Of a stretch of 64,000 nt of DNA, positions 1 through 13,556 are shown piece after piece. The stretch covers positions 82,522,001-82,586,000 of the forward strand of contig OX597818.1 of NCBI GenBank assembly GCA_951406725.2, in the 5' to 3' direction. Source of the stretch: Octopus vulgaris. Lineage: Eukaryota. The notes beneath the pieces are model-generated. The model was given only the letters and a program-made list of their open reading frames with translations, had not been told where the DNA came from and ran no database searches. Position 1 is the first letter of the stretch, and every line of letters starts with the position of its first letter. The position numbers and the translations under genes were made by a program.

Positions 1-744
1 CAAGAAATATCATTCTTTCATATATGAACCAATACTTCATTGATTTTTCTAATTTTGTCACTTCATTTCGCAGTCAGGAATGAGTTTCGTGGTATACAGT
101 GGGGAAGGGCTGGGAATCAGGTACAGTTGAAGGGAGTGGTCGCTACGAATATATACGTGTGTGTGTGTTTGTGTGTGAATGTATATATATATACATTCAC
201 AAATCCAATAAATTACTGGGCAAAAAGAACCTTTGATTTCTTTGTGGGGCTCAAAGTGAGCTCTGTCTTTTAGGTAAGTGATGTCTATTGAATAGATTCT
301 TAAAACTGGGTGTAGTTATACAGTGAATATATTTCTTGTAGTATATATATAAATTTTGTTCATTCGATTAGATATTTCAATGTGAATGTATACACACACA
401 CACATACACGTACACACTGATAAGCACATGCATATATATGTATGTATATACCATAGGTATACATGTATTTTAGTGTACATGTGTATTTCTATATATGTAT
501 ACATATATATACACATACATCTGTATATAAATATATATATATATATACATATATGCATAAATATACCATATATTACACACATATATATATATATATATCT
601 GCATTTCAAATATATTTAGGCATATAATATATATCTATGTATACACACACATACACTCACACAAACAACACACACTCAGATACACACATATCTGGGCGTG
701 TCTTGAAATATGTGTACTCTCGTGTGGTCTAGTATTGCACATGA

Positions 745-960
745 TGTGCTCTAGTTTTAGGTTGTTAGTATCACAATCTTAAGATCGTGTTTCGATCCCA
801 CACCGGGCAGTGCTTGGAGTTTCTTAGCAAGTAAACACGTCGTTTCACATTTCTCCAATCCTTTCAGCTATAAATGCATTTCAGCAATAACTGGGGAGTC
901 AACTCCGCAATAAGACAAATTTCGATTCCAGTGGGGATTATTCTTGTGACTTATACACCA
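745..960 (+). mobile_element. Degenerate tRNA-derived SINE (head plus conserved central domain; family B-like)
   Basis: Decayed match to the head/central domain of the copies at 32730 and 60050 (ttcgatcc B-box; ttcttagcaag...tttcacatttctcca..tcagct). Confidence 0.55.
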
Positions 961-1444
961 TGTGTACGCTGTAATGTTAACAGACCTCGGGCTCATCACA
1001 GATGTTTATCTTGTAGATGCAATAGTACATAGACACGTAAATATCTAATCAGACATATATGTACGAGGTGGTATCAAAATATTCCCGGACTAGCTCTGTG
1101 GCGACCGGATCTGTGAAGCGCGAAGAATAGGATTCTTCACCGTATTCTCCTCACTCGTGAATTTCTCACCAACCACAATCCGTATTGCTTTCGCACTAAC
1201 CTTATTCACCAGGTCTAACCCCTGCGGACTTCCATCTCTTTCCCACGATGAAAATGCGGCTCAAAGGTCGCTGTTTTAACGCCGTTTTAGAGATCGGAAC
1301 AAATTGCTGAAGGTCTTCGACTCGCTTACGGAAAACGACTTCCAACCAACATTACAAAAGTGGCAGGAACTTTTGTGGATTGTTGCGCAATGGGACTATT
1401 TCAAAAGAGATGATGCTAAAACTTAGGTAAATAAGTTATTTTCT

Positions 1445-1672
1445 TATTTCTTTACTACCCACAAGGGGCTAAACACAGAGAGGACAAACAAGGACTGACA
1501 AACGGATTAAGTCGATTATATCGACCCCAATGCGTAATTGGTTCTTAATTTATCGACCCCGAAAGGATGAAAGGCAAAGTCGAGCTCGGCGGTATTTGAA
1601 CTCAGAACGTAGCGGTAGACGAAATACGGCTATACATTTCGCCCGGTGTGCTAACGACTCTGCCAGCTCGCC
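1445..1672 (-). mobile_element. tRNA-derived SINE with Deu/Nin-like central domain (family E) and 15-bp TSD
   Basis: Minus strand: ggcgagctggcagagtcgttagc...gagttcaaat...gactttgcctttcatcctttcggggtcgataaa. Flanked by aataagttattttct (1430-1444) and aataagttactttct (1678-1692). Confidence 0.85.
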
Positions 1673-1700
1673 CGCAGAATAAGTTACTTTCTATTAAACA

Positions 1701-2899
1701 CTAGCAAACGCACCCGTCTTTTGGATGGTTTAAGTTGCTTTGGTGGTATTTTATTCAACAAATAATTGAACTCTCGATAAGGTTTATGAGTCGCACGGCA
1801 ATCTATGTTTCCGATCAACCCAAGAAAGTTGAAGGCAAGTCATTGTGGAGGGCATTGCACTTTAATGATCATAGAACATACAAGTTTGCAAGCGATGCAA
1901 AATAAAGCGACTGAAGTGTTTTGGGAGTAGATTACGGTAATGACTACAAAATATAGTTGTTTTACATGAAAGTGAAATTTCTTATCAGAAACAGCCACAT
2001 AAATTGTGAAATGAAATTCCAGGAAGACATTGAAACTTCCCCTTTGCGTGTTTATGTTTTTTCAACAGAAAAGGGAGCTATTTTTTGGTGAGATAATCTA
2101 ACAATATCCCCTTTATTCTGTGTTCCAACATAGCCTACGCATACTCTAACAGCGAATGCTGCATGAAGTTAAATTGGTATGGCATTTTCTGAAAGATGCG
2201 TATAGCTTTCGCTAGTTGAAGCAAAACTGTTATTTAAAGGTTGATTTTTGGGGGAAGAATCATATGTGCTTGTTTAAAAAAGACTGGAACGACAATGCTA
2301 AAATCAATTGAAACAAGCGTCAGCAGTCGAAATGTTTAGATGGAAGAGTAAATAAGCATCCTTAAAGTGAAACAACGCATTGGTAGGTAAACAAAGATAT
2401 CAACAAATAGAAGAAAAGGAAGGGAACATCACCTCTCAGAGTAGGTAAAGGTAAGGTTGCCAAGGTTTGATGCAGTTTAAATATGGAGATTAAGATTGTT
2501 GGGTATTGGATAGTCATTGCGTACAGTGTTCCTAGTCAATTTAATCACCGTGACAGTTAGAAATTCGAAATAGATAAAATCATTTTCACTTTAATAAAAA
2601 AGATTAAAAAAGTATGGCAATCCCTACATACAAAAAACAATGTCCATTTACGAGGGGTGTGTGAAAAGTCTTGAGTCTCAAAAATACAAAACATGGTACA
2701 AGACTTCAAGGCTCAAAGCTTTTCATACACTCCTTGTACGTCCATTTACGCGGGGGCTCTGGGCAAAATATTATAGTGCATGACCTTACTTGGGACTTAG
2801 GTGACGTGTGTGTAAAGTTTGATGAAAATCGGTTGAGAATTGTGGAAATGTATGCGTTAGTTATTATGCACATAGATCCTGTGATTTATATAAACTAGA
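1701..2899 (-). mobile_element. Non-autonomous Helitron
   Basis: Minus strand starts A|TCTAGTTTATATAA and ends with an imperfect hairpin (accatccaaaagacgggt) 7 nt before CTAG|T. No TSD. Removing it restores the contiguous mariner 3' end (tattaaaca+taactaatccggg). Confidence 0.8.
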
Positions 2900-2933
2900 T
2901 AACTAATCCGGGAACATTTTGATACCACTTCGT

Positions 2934-3590
2934 ATTTTGGCACATGGTCAGTAATTTTTGGGAAGTGAGGGTAAGTCGACTATTTCAACTCCAGTGCTCT
3001 ACTGGTATGTATTTTATCGACACCGAAAGGATGAAGGCAAAGTCGACCGCACCGGAGTTTGAACTCAGAATGTAAAGATGGAAGAAATGTCGCTCAGTGC
3101 GGTAACAACGCTGCCAGTTCACCGACTTAATCTATATTAAAATATTGGTTCCAAATTTTGGCACCATGCCAGTAATTTGGGTGGGGGTGGATTAGTCGAG
3201 TACGTCGACTGCAGTGTTTAGCTGATTCTCATTTCGTCGACTCCAAAAAGATGAAAGACAAAGTCGACTTCGGTGGAATTTGAACTTTGAGGTAAAGACG
3301 GACGAAAAGCCGTTAAGCATTTTTCCCGGCGTGCTAACGTTTCTTCCAGCTTGCAGTCTTAATATATATATATATCGGTTTCAAACTTTGGAACAAGGCT
3401 AACAATTTCTGGGAAGTGGGTAAGTCGATTTACATCGAACCTATTGTTCAGCTTGTACTTATTTTATCGATCCTGAAATTGTCAAAGGTAGATTCGGTCT
3501 CGGCCGAATTTGAATTCAGAACGTAAAAAACGGACGAAATACCGCCAAGGAATTTTTCCCAGCAAGAAAAGGAATCTGCCAGCCTTCCCC
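2934..3590 (-). mobile_element. Three head-to-tail SINE family E copies (~2934-3129, 3144-3360, 3376-3590)
   Basis: Each unit repeats ttttggcac...agtcga...ttatcga...gaaaggatgaa...aaagtcgac...tttgaactcagaa...gacgaaa...gccag. Confidence 0.8.
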
Positions 3591-3954
3591 CATAGAATAT
3601 ATATTAAAATATTATATAACGTGCCAAGCATTTATGGTATGCAGATTAGTTGCTACGGTTCTCAGAAACGATCGCTTTTGTTGTTGTATATAAACAGATA
3701 CAGAATGGCTGCTTGTTTTTCTGGCATTGGTCATGAAATGTTGAACTTTGTGATGAGTGACCAATAAAGGTCGAAAATTGATTTAGGTTGTTTATCATTG
3801 TTTTCATTCTACAGGGAAAATGCGCGCATGTCTGCTACGTATATTTACACATACACGCATACACACACACAAACACTCACACATGCTCAGACTCACTCAC
3901 GCTCAAATATACTTCTATAGACATAAATATATGTACAAATATATATGTATATTT

Positions 3955-4009
<55 letters not shown>

Positions 4010-4147
4010 TATATATACATATATATATACATATATATATACATATATTTACATACATTTAAGTATATATATACATATATATATATATATGTGTGTAAAT
4101 CTAATACATAAGCCTGATGAGCCCTTCTGAACTCTCTAAAAACCCGA

Positions 4148-4197
<50 letters not shown>

Positions 4198-4705
4198 GTG
4201 CGTGTATGTGCATGTGAATGTGTGTATATGTTTTTGTGTGTGTGTGTGATATTTCGATGTAAATCGGGCTAAATGAGCGGAAACATGAACCTAACGACAT
4301 GAAATAACAAAATAAGAAAGGTTTCTAATAGTGGGAAAGATAGAGGGAAATTTCGGACAATATACACGAGCATTGATTGTCTCTGGAGTACTCTTGTATT
4401 GAGTACCTTTTTTCTGTACTCATTATCGTAATCTACTTGTGATTTCTACTGTCAAATTGTATTATTTCCTAGCCATGAAGACATAGACCAACTACTTCAT
4501 TGAGCTTACCTTTCATATATTAGGGAAAATCACGCACATTGTAATGTATATCGCCATCTGTACTATTCGTATAGTATACCCGATCAAACCTAATATAGGG
4601 TTAAAGATGATTATCATCATCAAGAACGACAATAAAAGCAAAGACACAAATTTGGAATACCCGTTTTTGTATTCCAGATTAAAGAACAACACTACTGGTA
4701 CTCTG

Positions 4706-5018
4706 TCGGTTAGGACGACGGGGGATCCAGTTGACCTGATCAACGGAACAAACTGTTTGTGGAATTAATGGGGAGGTAGCTGAGCACTCCACAAACATGT
4801 GTACCCTCAATGTAGTTCACAGGGAGATTAAGCATGACACAGAGTGTGACAAGGTCGACCCTTTGAAATAGAGGTACTATTAATCTTTTGCCAGATGCGT
4901 GGACTGGAACAACGTGAAATAAAGTGTCTTACTCAGGGACGCAGCATGTCACCTGTAATTGAACTCATTACCTTACGATTGTGAGCCGAATGTCCAAAGC
5001 ACTAATCGACGCGACTTC
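4706..5018 (-). mobile_element. tRNA-derived SINE, family C
   Basis: Shares head and central domain (ggactggaacaacgtgaaataaagtgtctt) with families A/B but has a distinct tail, also seen at 6028-6340 and 30835-31010. Confidence 0.7.
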
Positions 5019-5129
5019 ACTAAATAACAATAAACTAGCAATAACCACACAAGACCATTCCTTATTATATTATATCTGTAGGTTCATACAGGTGCTACAT
5101 CACGTACACACCCAAGTATGCTCCACATT

Positions 5130-5480
5130 ACTGCACTTATATGTGCAAGAACATAGAAGGTCGTCACACCAAATCATTGGCGCAGCCAAAGAGAAGAGGC
5201 CACTATACCAGCCACTTCAACGATTTTAACTCTGGCGAGCGAAAAGTCTTCTTGGATTTATCTCTAATACCAAATAGTAAAGTGACCATCAGTTTAAAGA
5301 TGCATAGGCCCAGCAGCGGCGCATATTTGCACTGGTTACTTTCCTCGGCCATAGTCGTAACTCTCATTCAGTAAATCCAAACGTCCGAGATGTTAGCGAA
5401 AATATCGATGACAGTGGTCCTGTTCGGATATTTGCCCACAACGCTGAGCAGTCCGTTTACAAGCTAGATATTGTTAGGCA
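5130..5480 (-). pseudogene. Highly decayed non-LTR reverse transcriptase fragment
   Basis: Minus-strand pieces TVIDIFANISDVW, QCKYAPLLGLCIFKLMVTLL and GCANDLV occur in the order of the RT motifs (D..AFD.VW, GxPQGSVLGP.L, AYADDL). Confidence 0.4.
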
Positions 5481-6027
5481 CGTATATATTCTGTAAAAAC
5501 CGCGTAAAAAAGGTAGCGTAATACGCAACTTACCTAACGGAAATAGCTAACTGAAGTTAGCTAAAGAGGGAATCTCTAAGTTGAAATAGTAATGCATGTT
5601 AAATCCTAGCAGTTTCGGTTCTGCAAATTATTTGGTAATTTTCTACCAATTTACGACAAATTCTGTCAATTTCCTGCAATTGCCATCAATTTTTGACGAT
5701 CAATACCAATATCCGGCAGTCTCCATCAATGTTTATTAATTCTCGGTCAGGTCTAGCTGGCAATCAGCGGCAATTTGCATCATTCTCCATACGTTTCCAT
5801 CCAGTTACTGACTATTTCTCTCAAACTTCTATATTGTTTTATCAATTTCCAACAGTCTCCGGTAGTTTATGTCCATACCTACTAATTTCTGGAAAAGTCA
5901 GTGTAGACACCGACGAAATTTGAGCTGACTAAAGACGCCTGTCACCTCAGCTCAACTCCCGATGATCAGGTGAGACATTCTTTGGAATAAGTCATGTATG
6001 TCTAGGATTTGTACAACCTTATCATGA

Positions 6028-6340
6028 AGGAGCGTAGTTAAGTAGTTAGGATATTCGGCTCAGGATCGTAACGAGTTCGAATCGGAGCGATGCGTTGTCT
6101 CCTTAAGCAAAATATTATTTTTCACTTATCACCAGTCCTCTTAACTGGCAGAAATGAGCTTTACCTGTAATTCAAATGGTCAGCCTAGTCATATTATGAT
6201 TCACACCACATCTCCTTGAGAACTACGTTAAACGCACGCGTGACTGTAGAGCGATGGGATACTTTCACATTAATTTCATAAGCAGAGTGTTCTGTTAATC
6301 GGATCAAGTGGAACGTTCGTCATGTTAACCGATGAACTGC
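6028..6340 (+). mobile_element. tRNA-derived SINE, family C
   Basis: tRNA-like head (agtagttaggatattcggctcaggatcgtaacgagttcgaat); tail is the reverse complement of 4706-4880. Confidence 0.7.
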
Positions 6341-6479
6341 CTTATAATTGTAAACTATTAAACCATTTCAAGGACAGCTTCCTTTTGGTCCATTTCCGTG
6401 CTATACTTCTTACTTTCTTCTATACATTGACTCAGATCTTCTATTTGATTTCTTGATGAACGATAATTTACAAACCTAA

Positions 6480-7110
6480 AGAACTTTAAATATAAATGAA
6501 TGAGCCAAAGTTACTTCCTTAACGAACATCATGAGAAATATTTTATCTAATTCAACGATTACGCACCTAACAATCATAGATTATGTTCTCTTTGGGAAAG
6601 TTGGATTTTTCTACCTTGGGGGAATTGGAAAAATATTTTCATGGATTTGTTGGCAAAAGTTCCTCACAACCAAGAAATTACACTTGCTGATGCTTCCTGG
6701 TGGATTACAGTGACTACTCTGAAGGGATCCAAGTCAGCCCATGCTACATTCATACTGCTTTTTAATTTGACAAATGAAGATGTTACATCCAGCATCAATA
6801 AAAATGATTGGGATGAGGTTAAAAAATGATATAAAGGGGTTATTTGTGGCAAAGATACTATATCACACAAATCTCTGAAGAGGATACTGCAAGGTATCCA
6901 CAAAAGACTGAGAGGCCCCATTAGTGTGTAACTGTGGACTCAACAGACATGCAACAAAATCTTGTCAAGTGGCGGCGCAAAGTTATCTTATCATCGATGA
7001 TATGCAAAAAAACAAATTGCTGTTGTACATAGATATGTGGGCCAGTCTACATCTATGTAGAAAATTCGCTAACAATTTACTTCTGAAAGCAATGGAAAAG
7101 GTTAAATGAG
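6480..7110 (+). pseudogene. Helitron RepHel Pif1-family helicase remnant
   Basis: Frameshifted translation GFFYLGGIGKIF / LLAKVPHNQEITLADASWWITVTTLKGSKSAHATFILLFNL / DTISHKSLKRILQGI / DMWASL...FANNLL matches Pif1 motifs (GGTGKT; LLAKVR..IALAVASSGIAATLL.GG.TAHS.FKLP; MSHK..LDR.LQDI; NMR..FA..LL). Confidence 0.75.
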
Positions 7111-7339
7111 AAAGGAAGACTTGAATTTGAGTAACAATAGATTCTGTAGAGAAACTGAAAAATATTGGTCCTCCCAATCATTCTCTGGGAATAATCAGAA
7201 ACACAGGTTCTTTTATTAAAGAGTAATACTATATACAATGGTCTTTGCTACCAGTCATTAACATACAGCTTCAGCACCAGTTAATTGATAGGGACCACTG
7301 CTAAGCTTCTTGATCCTAATCAAGAATTGCTTTGTTGAA

Positions 7340-7560
7340 CTTTCTACTCTAGTAACCACTCCAACAGCTCTAAACATGTCTCCCGCTACTCTGCCTAATC
7401 GTGTGTTTTCCCTGTTGAAATTTCTGTTAGTACACAAGTCCTGTTATTATAATAGCTTCATTCTTCGAACAACTGCCCTCTTGAATTCATTACCATCGTC
7501 TTGTTTTCCATTGGAATATGGTCGTGTTTTGAATTTGTAGACCCGTTTTTTTTCTTTCCT
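7340..7560 (+). mobile_element. CR1/Jockey-superfamily LINE 3' fragment
   Basis: YYNSFILRTTALLNSLPSSCFPLEY resembles the SF.PRT..LWNSLP..FP..Y C-terminus of these ORF2 proteins. Confidence 0.55.
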
Positions 7561-8419
7561 ATTTTATAGTTCTTTACGCAAAAATGGCCCCAGGGTTTGT
7601 TTGGGACGGAATCTTATAAAGATAGAACCAAGTGTTTCAATAGAAGCTCTAGATTCATTAAAACATCCTCGAGATCTGTGTGTACTTTATAACAGAAACA
7701 ACCCTCTTGCTACTTCGTAATTTCGATCCAACATATCTATGCAATGTGATAAGACTAGCAGTTACAAATCACTCACCACGTGTTATTGAGATTACAATTC
7801 CATTTGGAAGTAGAACAAGATATACATATATATTCTGAGAATCACTATTAGTCAAACTGATTTGCTATTTGTATTCAAGAGACTATAAATTCCCATATGT
7901 GCAAGCTTTGCAATGTCAATCAAGAAATTTCTGGATTAAAAGTTGTAGATAACTTTGTTATGTTAGAAGTAAAAACGACCTTTCTATCGCTGAAAAAAGT
8001 TGCAAAACTAAGAGAACTTTGTTTATCACTAAGCCATTTGCTGAGAATTGCTTGCTATTGTTCTGCAAATAGTGTGACATTTTGAACTGTGTTATCTGTT
8101 ACAAAGAAAATAAACATTGTGCTTCAAGAAATGCAAGAGTAAGCAATAGAGATTCTGTTAGGAAGCTCACTTTACAATCACGTGCCTTCGAGTTCAATGC
8201 CACTGGGAGGCGTCTTGAATAAGAGCCTTCGTCTGTAGCATCTGGCCGATTAGAACCTTGTGGGTGAATTTGGTGGATAAGTCCATCTTATCTATCTATC
8301 TTGCTAGCTAGCTAGCTATCTGTCTGTCTGTCTCTCTCTCAGTCTGTCTGTCTGTACATATATATTGATATATATATACCTATACATACAAATATATGTA
8401 TACATACATATATATAGAC

Positions 8420-8490
<71 letters not shown>

Positions 8491-8507
8491 TATATTCATG
8501 CATACAC

Positions 8508-8860
8508 AGGACTGGCTGTGTGGTAATTAGCTTGCTTACCAACCACATGTTTTCGGGTTCAGTCCTACTGATTGGCACCTTGTCAAGTGTCTTCTACTAT
8601 AAGTCTCGGGCCGACAAATCCTTGTGCGGGAATTTGGTAGACAGACACTCAAAGAAGCTCGTTGCATATATATGTATCTGTGTGCGTGTGTTTGTCTTCA
8701 TCATAGCCTTCGACATCCGGTAATGGTTTGTTCATGTTACCGTCAAACGCGATCCATTGGGTTAGTACCTCATAAATAGGCACTAGTGCTAACTAGTTCG
8801 ATAAAAGATTCCCCGGGCAGTGCCTCAGTATGGCCGCAGTAAAATAACTCTAACAAAAGA
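8508..8860 (+). mobile_element. CORE-type tRNA-derived SINE, family D
   Basis: ggctgtgtggtaattagcttgcttaccaaccacatg..gggttcagtcc..ggcaccttgtcaagtgtcttctactata; tail ..cagtatggccgcagt. A more decayed copy lies at 8140-8285. Confidence 0.8.
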
Positions 8861-9119
8861 GTTATGGCGCGTCAACATCAACAAAATTACTTGTTTCCCT
8901 GTCGGCGCCAGGTACCTTGCTACTGTATATATATTTACACGCACGCATACTTAAACATACGCACTGACAATGATCGCCAAATCTTACATAATTTATGCTT
9001 ATATTATACTGTTATGTATTATAGTAGCCACTAATCGCCTGGTGGGTATTGAACAACAATACTTGTGTTACGAAGATTTCTATCTCATAAAGTCATTGTT
9101 GGGAAATGATATAATAAAT

Positions 9120-9278
9120 CCAGGCGTGACCGTCTGGTAAGAAATTCCCTTCCCAAACGCACGGTTCCGGATTCGCTCCAATTCTGTAACAACTTGGACA
9201 TGTGTATTCTACTATAATCTCGAGCCTACTAGAGCCATGTTGGTGTACTTGGTAGATGGAAACTGAAAGAATCCTGTC

Positions 9279-9313
<35 letters not shown>

Positions 9314-9590
9314 TGTGTGTTTGTGCGTGTGTATATTTGTGTGTGTGTGTGTGTTTGTGAGCTTGTGGCTGTGTGAGTGTGTCTTCTGCCTGTGCTTGAC
9401 TCCCACACACCTCCACTTGAAAAGCGGAGTTGGTTTGGTTTGTTAATGTCCTCGTAACTTAGTGGTTTGGCAAAAGAGGGCGATGTAATAAGTACAAAGC
9501 TGAAAGTATCTCGTGGGATTCATTCGTTTGACTAAAATTGTTCAAGGTGGTTCCCCAGCATGGCCGCAATCCGTTGATGAAAGACGTAAA
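9120..9590 (+). mobile_element. SINE family D with internal (TA)n/(TG)n
   Basis: Head and CORE, internal microsatellite 9280-9355, tail ggtggttccccagcatggccgca..gaaagacgtaaaa. Confidence 0.8.
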
Positions 9591-9593
9591 AGT

Positions 9594-9655
<62 letters not shown>

Positions 9656-10059
9656 AAGAGAGAAAGAGAGAAAGAGAGGTGGTGGTTGTCTACTCCTTAT
9701 GCAGCGTCTCACCACTTCTTGTACCTACACCTTAGAACCATCATGGCATCTGATGTGGCTTTTTAAAGCAGACAATGTTTTGAAAAGACACCAACATAGA
9801 TTGCATATCCGATTTGGGTCACCAAGAGCTGCAGTTAAGTTCTGATCCTTGTGGATCTTAAAATGTCTTTTGAGGCATTTTAAGATGTATGAAATACATC
9901 ATTGTGTGTATGCTCTTTATGGAACTTTGCCGTCACAAATCTGTTTTTGCTTACTTTATAACTGTTGACAATTCTGAAAATGCATTTCCCAGGTGACAAC
10001 TGGCTAGATTATACGTTTTGTAATTCCGAAATATCGCCAGTTGCTAGAGAAGAAAATAC

Positions 10060-10240
10060 AAAAATCTACCCGGATGCTTTCTGCTATATTTGTGTGTATT
10101 ACACTTTACCTAGGCAGCGAAACAAAACAGCAGATTTTATGAAGAAAGCTTACATTATTTACTTTGGTATGAAACTGGGTAATAAAGACAGGCGCCCCAT
10201 ATAGTGTGTAAAATATGGGTTGAAACATTGTGACAGTGAC
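10060..10240 (+). pseudogene. DNA transposon N-terminal remnant (FCYICG-type, IS630/Tc1/mariner-related)
   Basis: PDAFCYICVYYTLPRQRNKTADFMKKAYIIYFGMKLGNKD matches the recurrent PD.FCYICG...AY..YFG.KLGDQDK.WAPH transposase N-terminus. Superfamily assignment is from memory. Confidence 0.6.
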
Positions 10241-10487
10241 TGTTTCACATACTGAAGCAGACAGTTTCCAGCTTTGATTTGTTTTGTGAGAAAATTATAT
10301 TAGGTGTGTTTGATAGGAAATAGATTGGGTGGGTATATCAGGATGACTAGTCTTTGGAGAGCATATCTTGGATGGAATTCTTGAGCTGCAAATCTGTCAT
10401 TGTTATCATGATATCTAAGACATTAAATTACTAATAGAAAACTTAGGTTAAATTTGATGCTCTTATGTATGTATGAATATGTATATA

Positions 10488-10519
<32 letters not shown>

Positions 10520-10745
10520 CACATATGTTCTTCTTTCTCTCTCTCTTCTCCCACTCCTTAATTCTTTGTCCCGCTTTCTTTCTCTCTCTTCTCGTCTCAC
10601 GTGACCGCTGGCTGACGACTGGCCTTTTTGGTTTTGTCAGCGGTCGCCGTCACATCAACTATTTACCTCTGTCGTAAGGCTTAATTTCTAACACACCAGC
10701 TGAATTCAATTCGTCTCCAGTCGAAAGACGCCTGTTGCGATGTCC

Positions 10746-10800
<55 letters not shown>

Positions 10801-11558
10801 GTTGCTTTTTGTATTATTTTTGTATTTATATTCGTGTAACATCGTCCGTTTTTCCGTCCTTGTTTCGTATACATTCGAAGCTTTTTTCGAAGGAATCTAA
10901 AGCTCTTAGCTTAGTTTTTCCTTGGGGCTGGCCACATTGGTGCAATCCCTAGATTAATCAGCTGAAATTGCGAGGATGGTCCGGTTCTTGACTGAAGATT
11001 AATGGCTTCGAATGACCCGTCCGTGTTTTTGTATCGTCTTCTAGATATTTTGCGTTCTTGTCCCATTTTGTATATATATATATATATATATATAATCGTA
11101 CATACGTAGAAACAATTTTAGGTCTATAAGTACAGAAGTATACACATGTATGTTTTTCAGCTAGAGTGTACATATATTTTGCATCTAAGCATGGAGGTTT
11201 TATGAAGATATTTGTATAAATATCCATATATATCTCTATAGAAATAAAAAAGAGAATATATATATATATTTATTAGCTGCAGCATTATTTATGATTTTAA
11301 ATGTATCTTTGTATTTGAAGTGGAAAATCTTGATTTCAGGGATGTTGGTTATTGTATATGTTCGTTTCTGACAGTTTCTTACAGATAGATGATACTATGG
11401 CCATATATTTACGTGTTGTTATATGTTTATATAATCTATACGTCCGAACAACAGTCACTCGACAGCTATAACAATACTCACATTTACAAAGATAGATAGA
11501 CAGATAAAGGCATATATCCACGTATACATATATATCTATACACATATACGTACACCAT

Positions 11559-11603
<45 letters not shown>

Positions 11604-11852
11604 GAGACGCATGAATAGGAGTATATATGTGTAATGGAAGCCTTTGTAATTTGAAATGTGTTGGTAATGATGTAACTATAATATGTAGAAAATATATGAA
11701 TATGCTAATTGCAGCAACGTTTACTGTGTGCATCATTATTTTAACAAATGTGTGTATAATTCTGTTATATTTGCATACTTCTATCCAAATTCATATTCAG
11801 ATAATGCTTGTCTTTTGTTACTAATGCAAAGAAATATATAAGGCATATCACA

Positions 11853-11891
<39 letters not shown>

Positions 11892-11966
11892 ATATATATT
11901 TATTTATACATATATATATATATATATATATGTATATATTATATTATACAAAAATATATAAATATA

Positions 11967-12023
<57 letters not shown>

Positions 12024-12600
12024 GCATATATGTTATATTTCTATATATATTGTATATTATATATGTGTATATAATTTATCTCCACTGTTATCCAACATCG
12101 GTTTTCTCTTTATATTTTATTTCTTTTCTCTTGGCATAGAATGAAAAATCAATTTTTATAGCTTTACCTATAAATCTAACTCCCTCAATCTACAAATTGT
12201 AAAGAACTATTGCTGCGAGAGAAAATTTTGTATAGGATGGCGTGTGGGTTTAGTCTATGATTATACAATGCCATTCAAAACCTGCTAAGAACTACATATA
12301 TACGTTTAAAGACATATACATACATACACTCATATATACATACATACATTCATACATACATTCATACATACACAAACACACACATATTTGCCTGTGAGTG
12401 TGCGTTTGTGTGTACGGCTGTGAATTTGCAACTGTATAGAATTGATATAAATATAATGTAAAATAAAAGAAAATCGAAAGCAAATATTTCAAATGATACT
12501 TTTGACGAATGTGATATATTCGTCAGAGAGCGAATATAAAGTAACATTTAATAGATACATTACTTAAAATAATGATATCAATAATTATAATAATAATAAT

Positions 12601-12658
<58 letters not shown>

Positions 12659-12662
12659 TCAT

Positions 12663-12693
<31 letters not shown>

Positions 12694-12775
12694 ATTATTA
12701 TTATTATTATTATTATAAATATTATTATTATAATTATTATTATTATTATTATTATTATCATTATTATTATAATTA

Positions 12776-12827
<52 letters not shown>

Positions 12828-12860
12828 TATTATTATCATTATTATTATTATTATTATTAT

Positions 12861-12924
12861 TGAGCGAGGGAGCAGTGCATGCCATCGAAGTGACACTGAA
12901 GTAAAATATACGAAGCCTAGTATA
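12861..12924 (-). mobile_element. Terminal fragment of the (AAT)n-associated element
   Basis: tgagcgagggagcagtgcatgccatcgaagtgacactg.. is the reverse complement of 14027-14090 and abuts (ATT)n. Confidence 0.75.
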
Positions 12925-13236
<312 letters not shown>

Positions 13237-13250
13237 CATTATAATTATTA

Positions 13251-13323
<73 letters not shown>

Positions 13324-13340
13324 CTTTATTATTATTATTA

Positions 13341-13384
<44 letters not shown>

Positions 13385-13469
13385 ATTATAATAATAATAA
13401 TAATTATTATTATTATTATTATTATCATCATCATCATCATCACCATCCTCATCATCATCATTTTTTAAA

Positions 13470-13556
<87 letters not shown>

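Larger units (their letters stand above)
1062..2933 (+). mobile_element. Internally deleted mariner element with nested SINE and Helitron
   Basis: TIRs tacgaggtggtatcaaaatattcccggactag (1062) and ctaatccgggaacattttgataccacttcgta (to 2933) with TA ends. 1194-1410 translates as H*PYSPGLTPADFHLFPTMKMRLKGRCF...DYF, the mariner YSPDLAPxD motif. Confidence 0.85.

Noticed and set aside
4510-4589. Minus-strand exon-like segment (tattag|...AAG|gtaagc)
   Set aside because: All three frames contain stops; the faint polo-box-like look of one frame is not supportable.
8900-8925. Possible Helitron 3' end (cggcgccaggtaccttgctact)
   Set aside because: No CTRR terminus, clear hairpin or matching 5' end.
10540-11075. 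Repeat-like block with ctgaaga..cgaat
   Set aside because: Probably an interspersed repeat, but it has no GAAA core, termini or second copy here to classify it.
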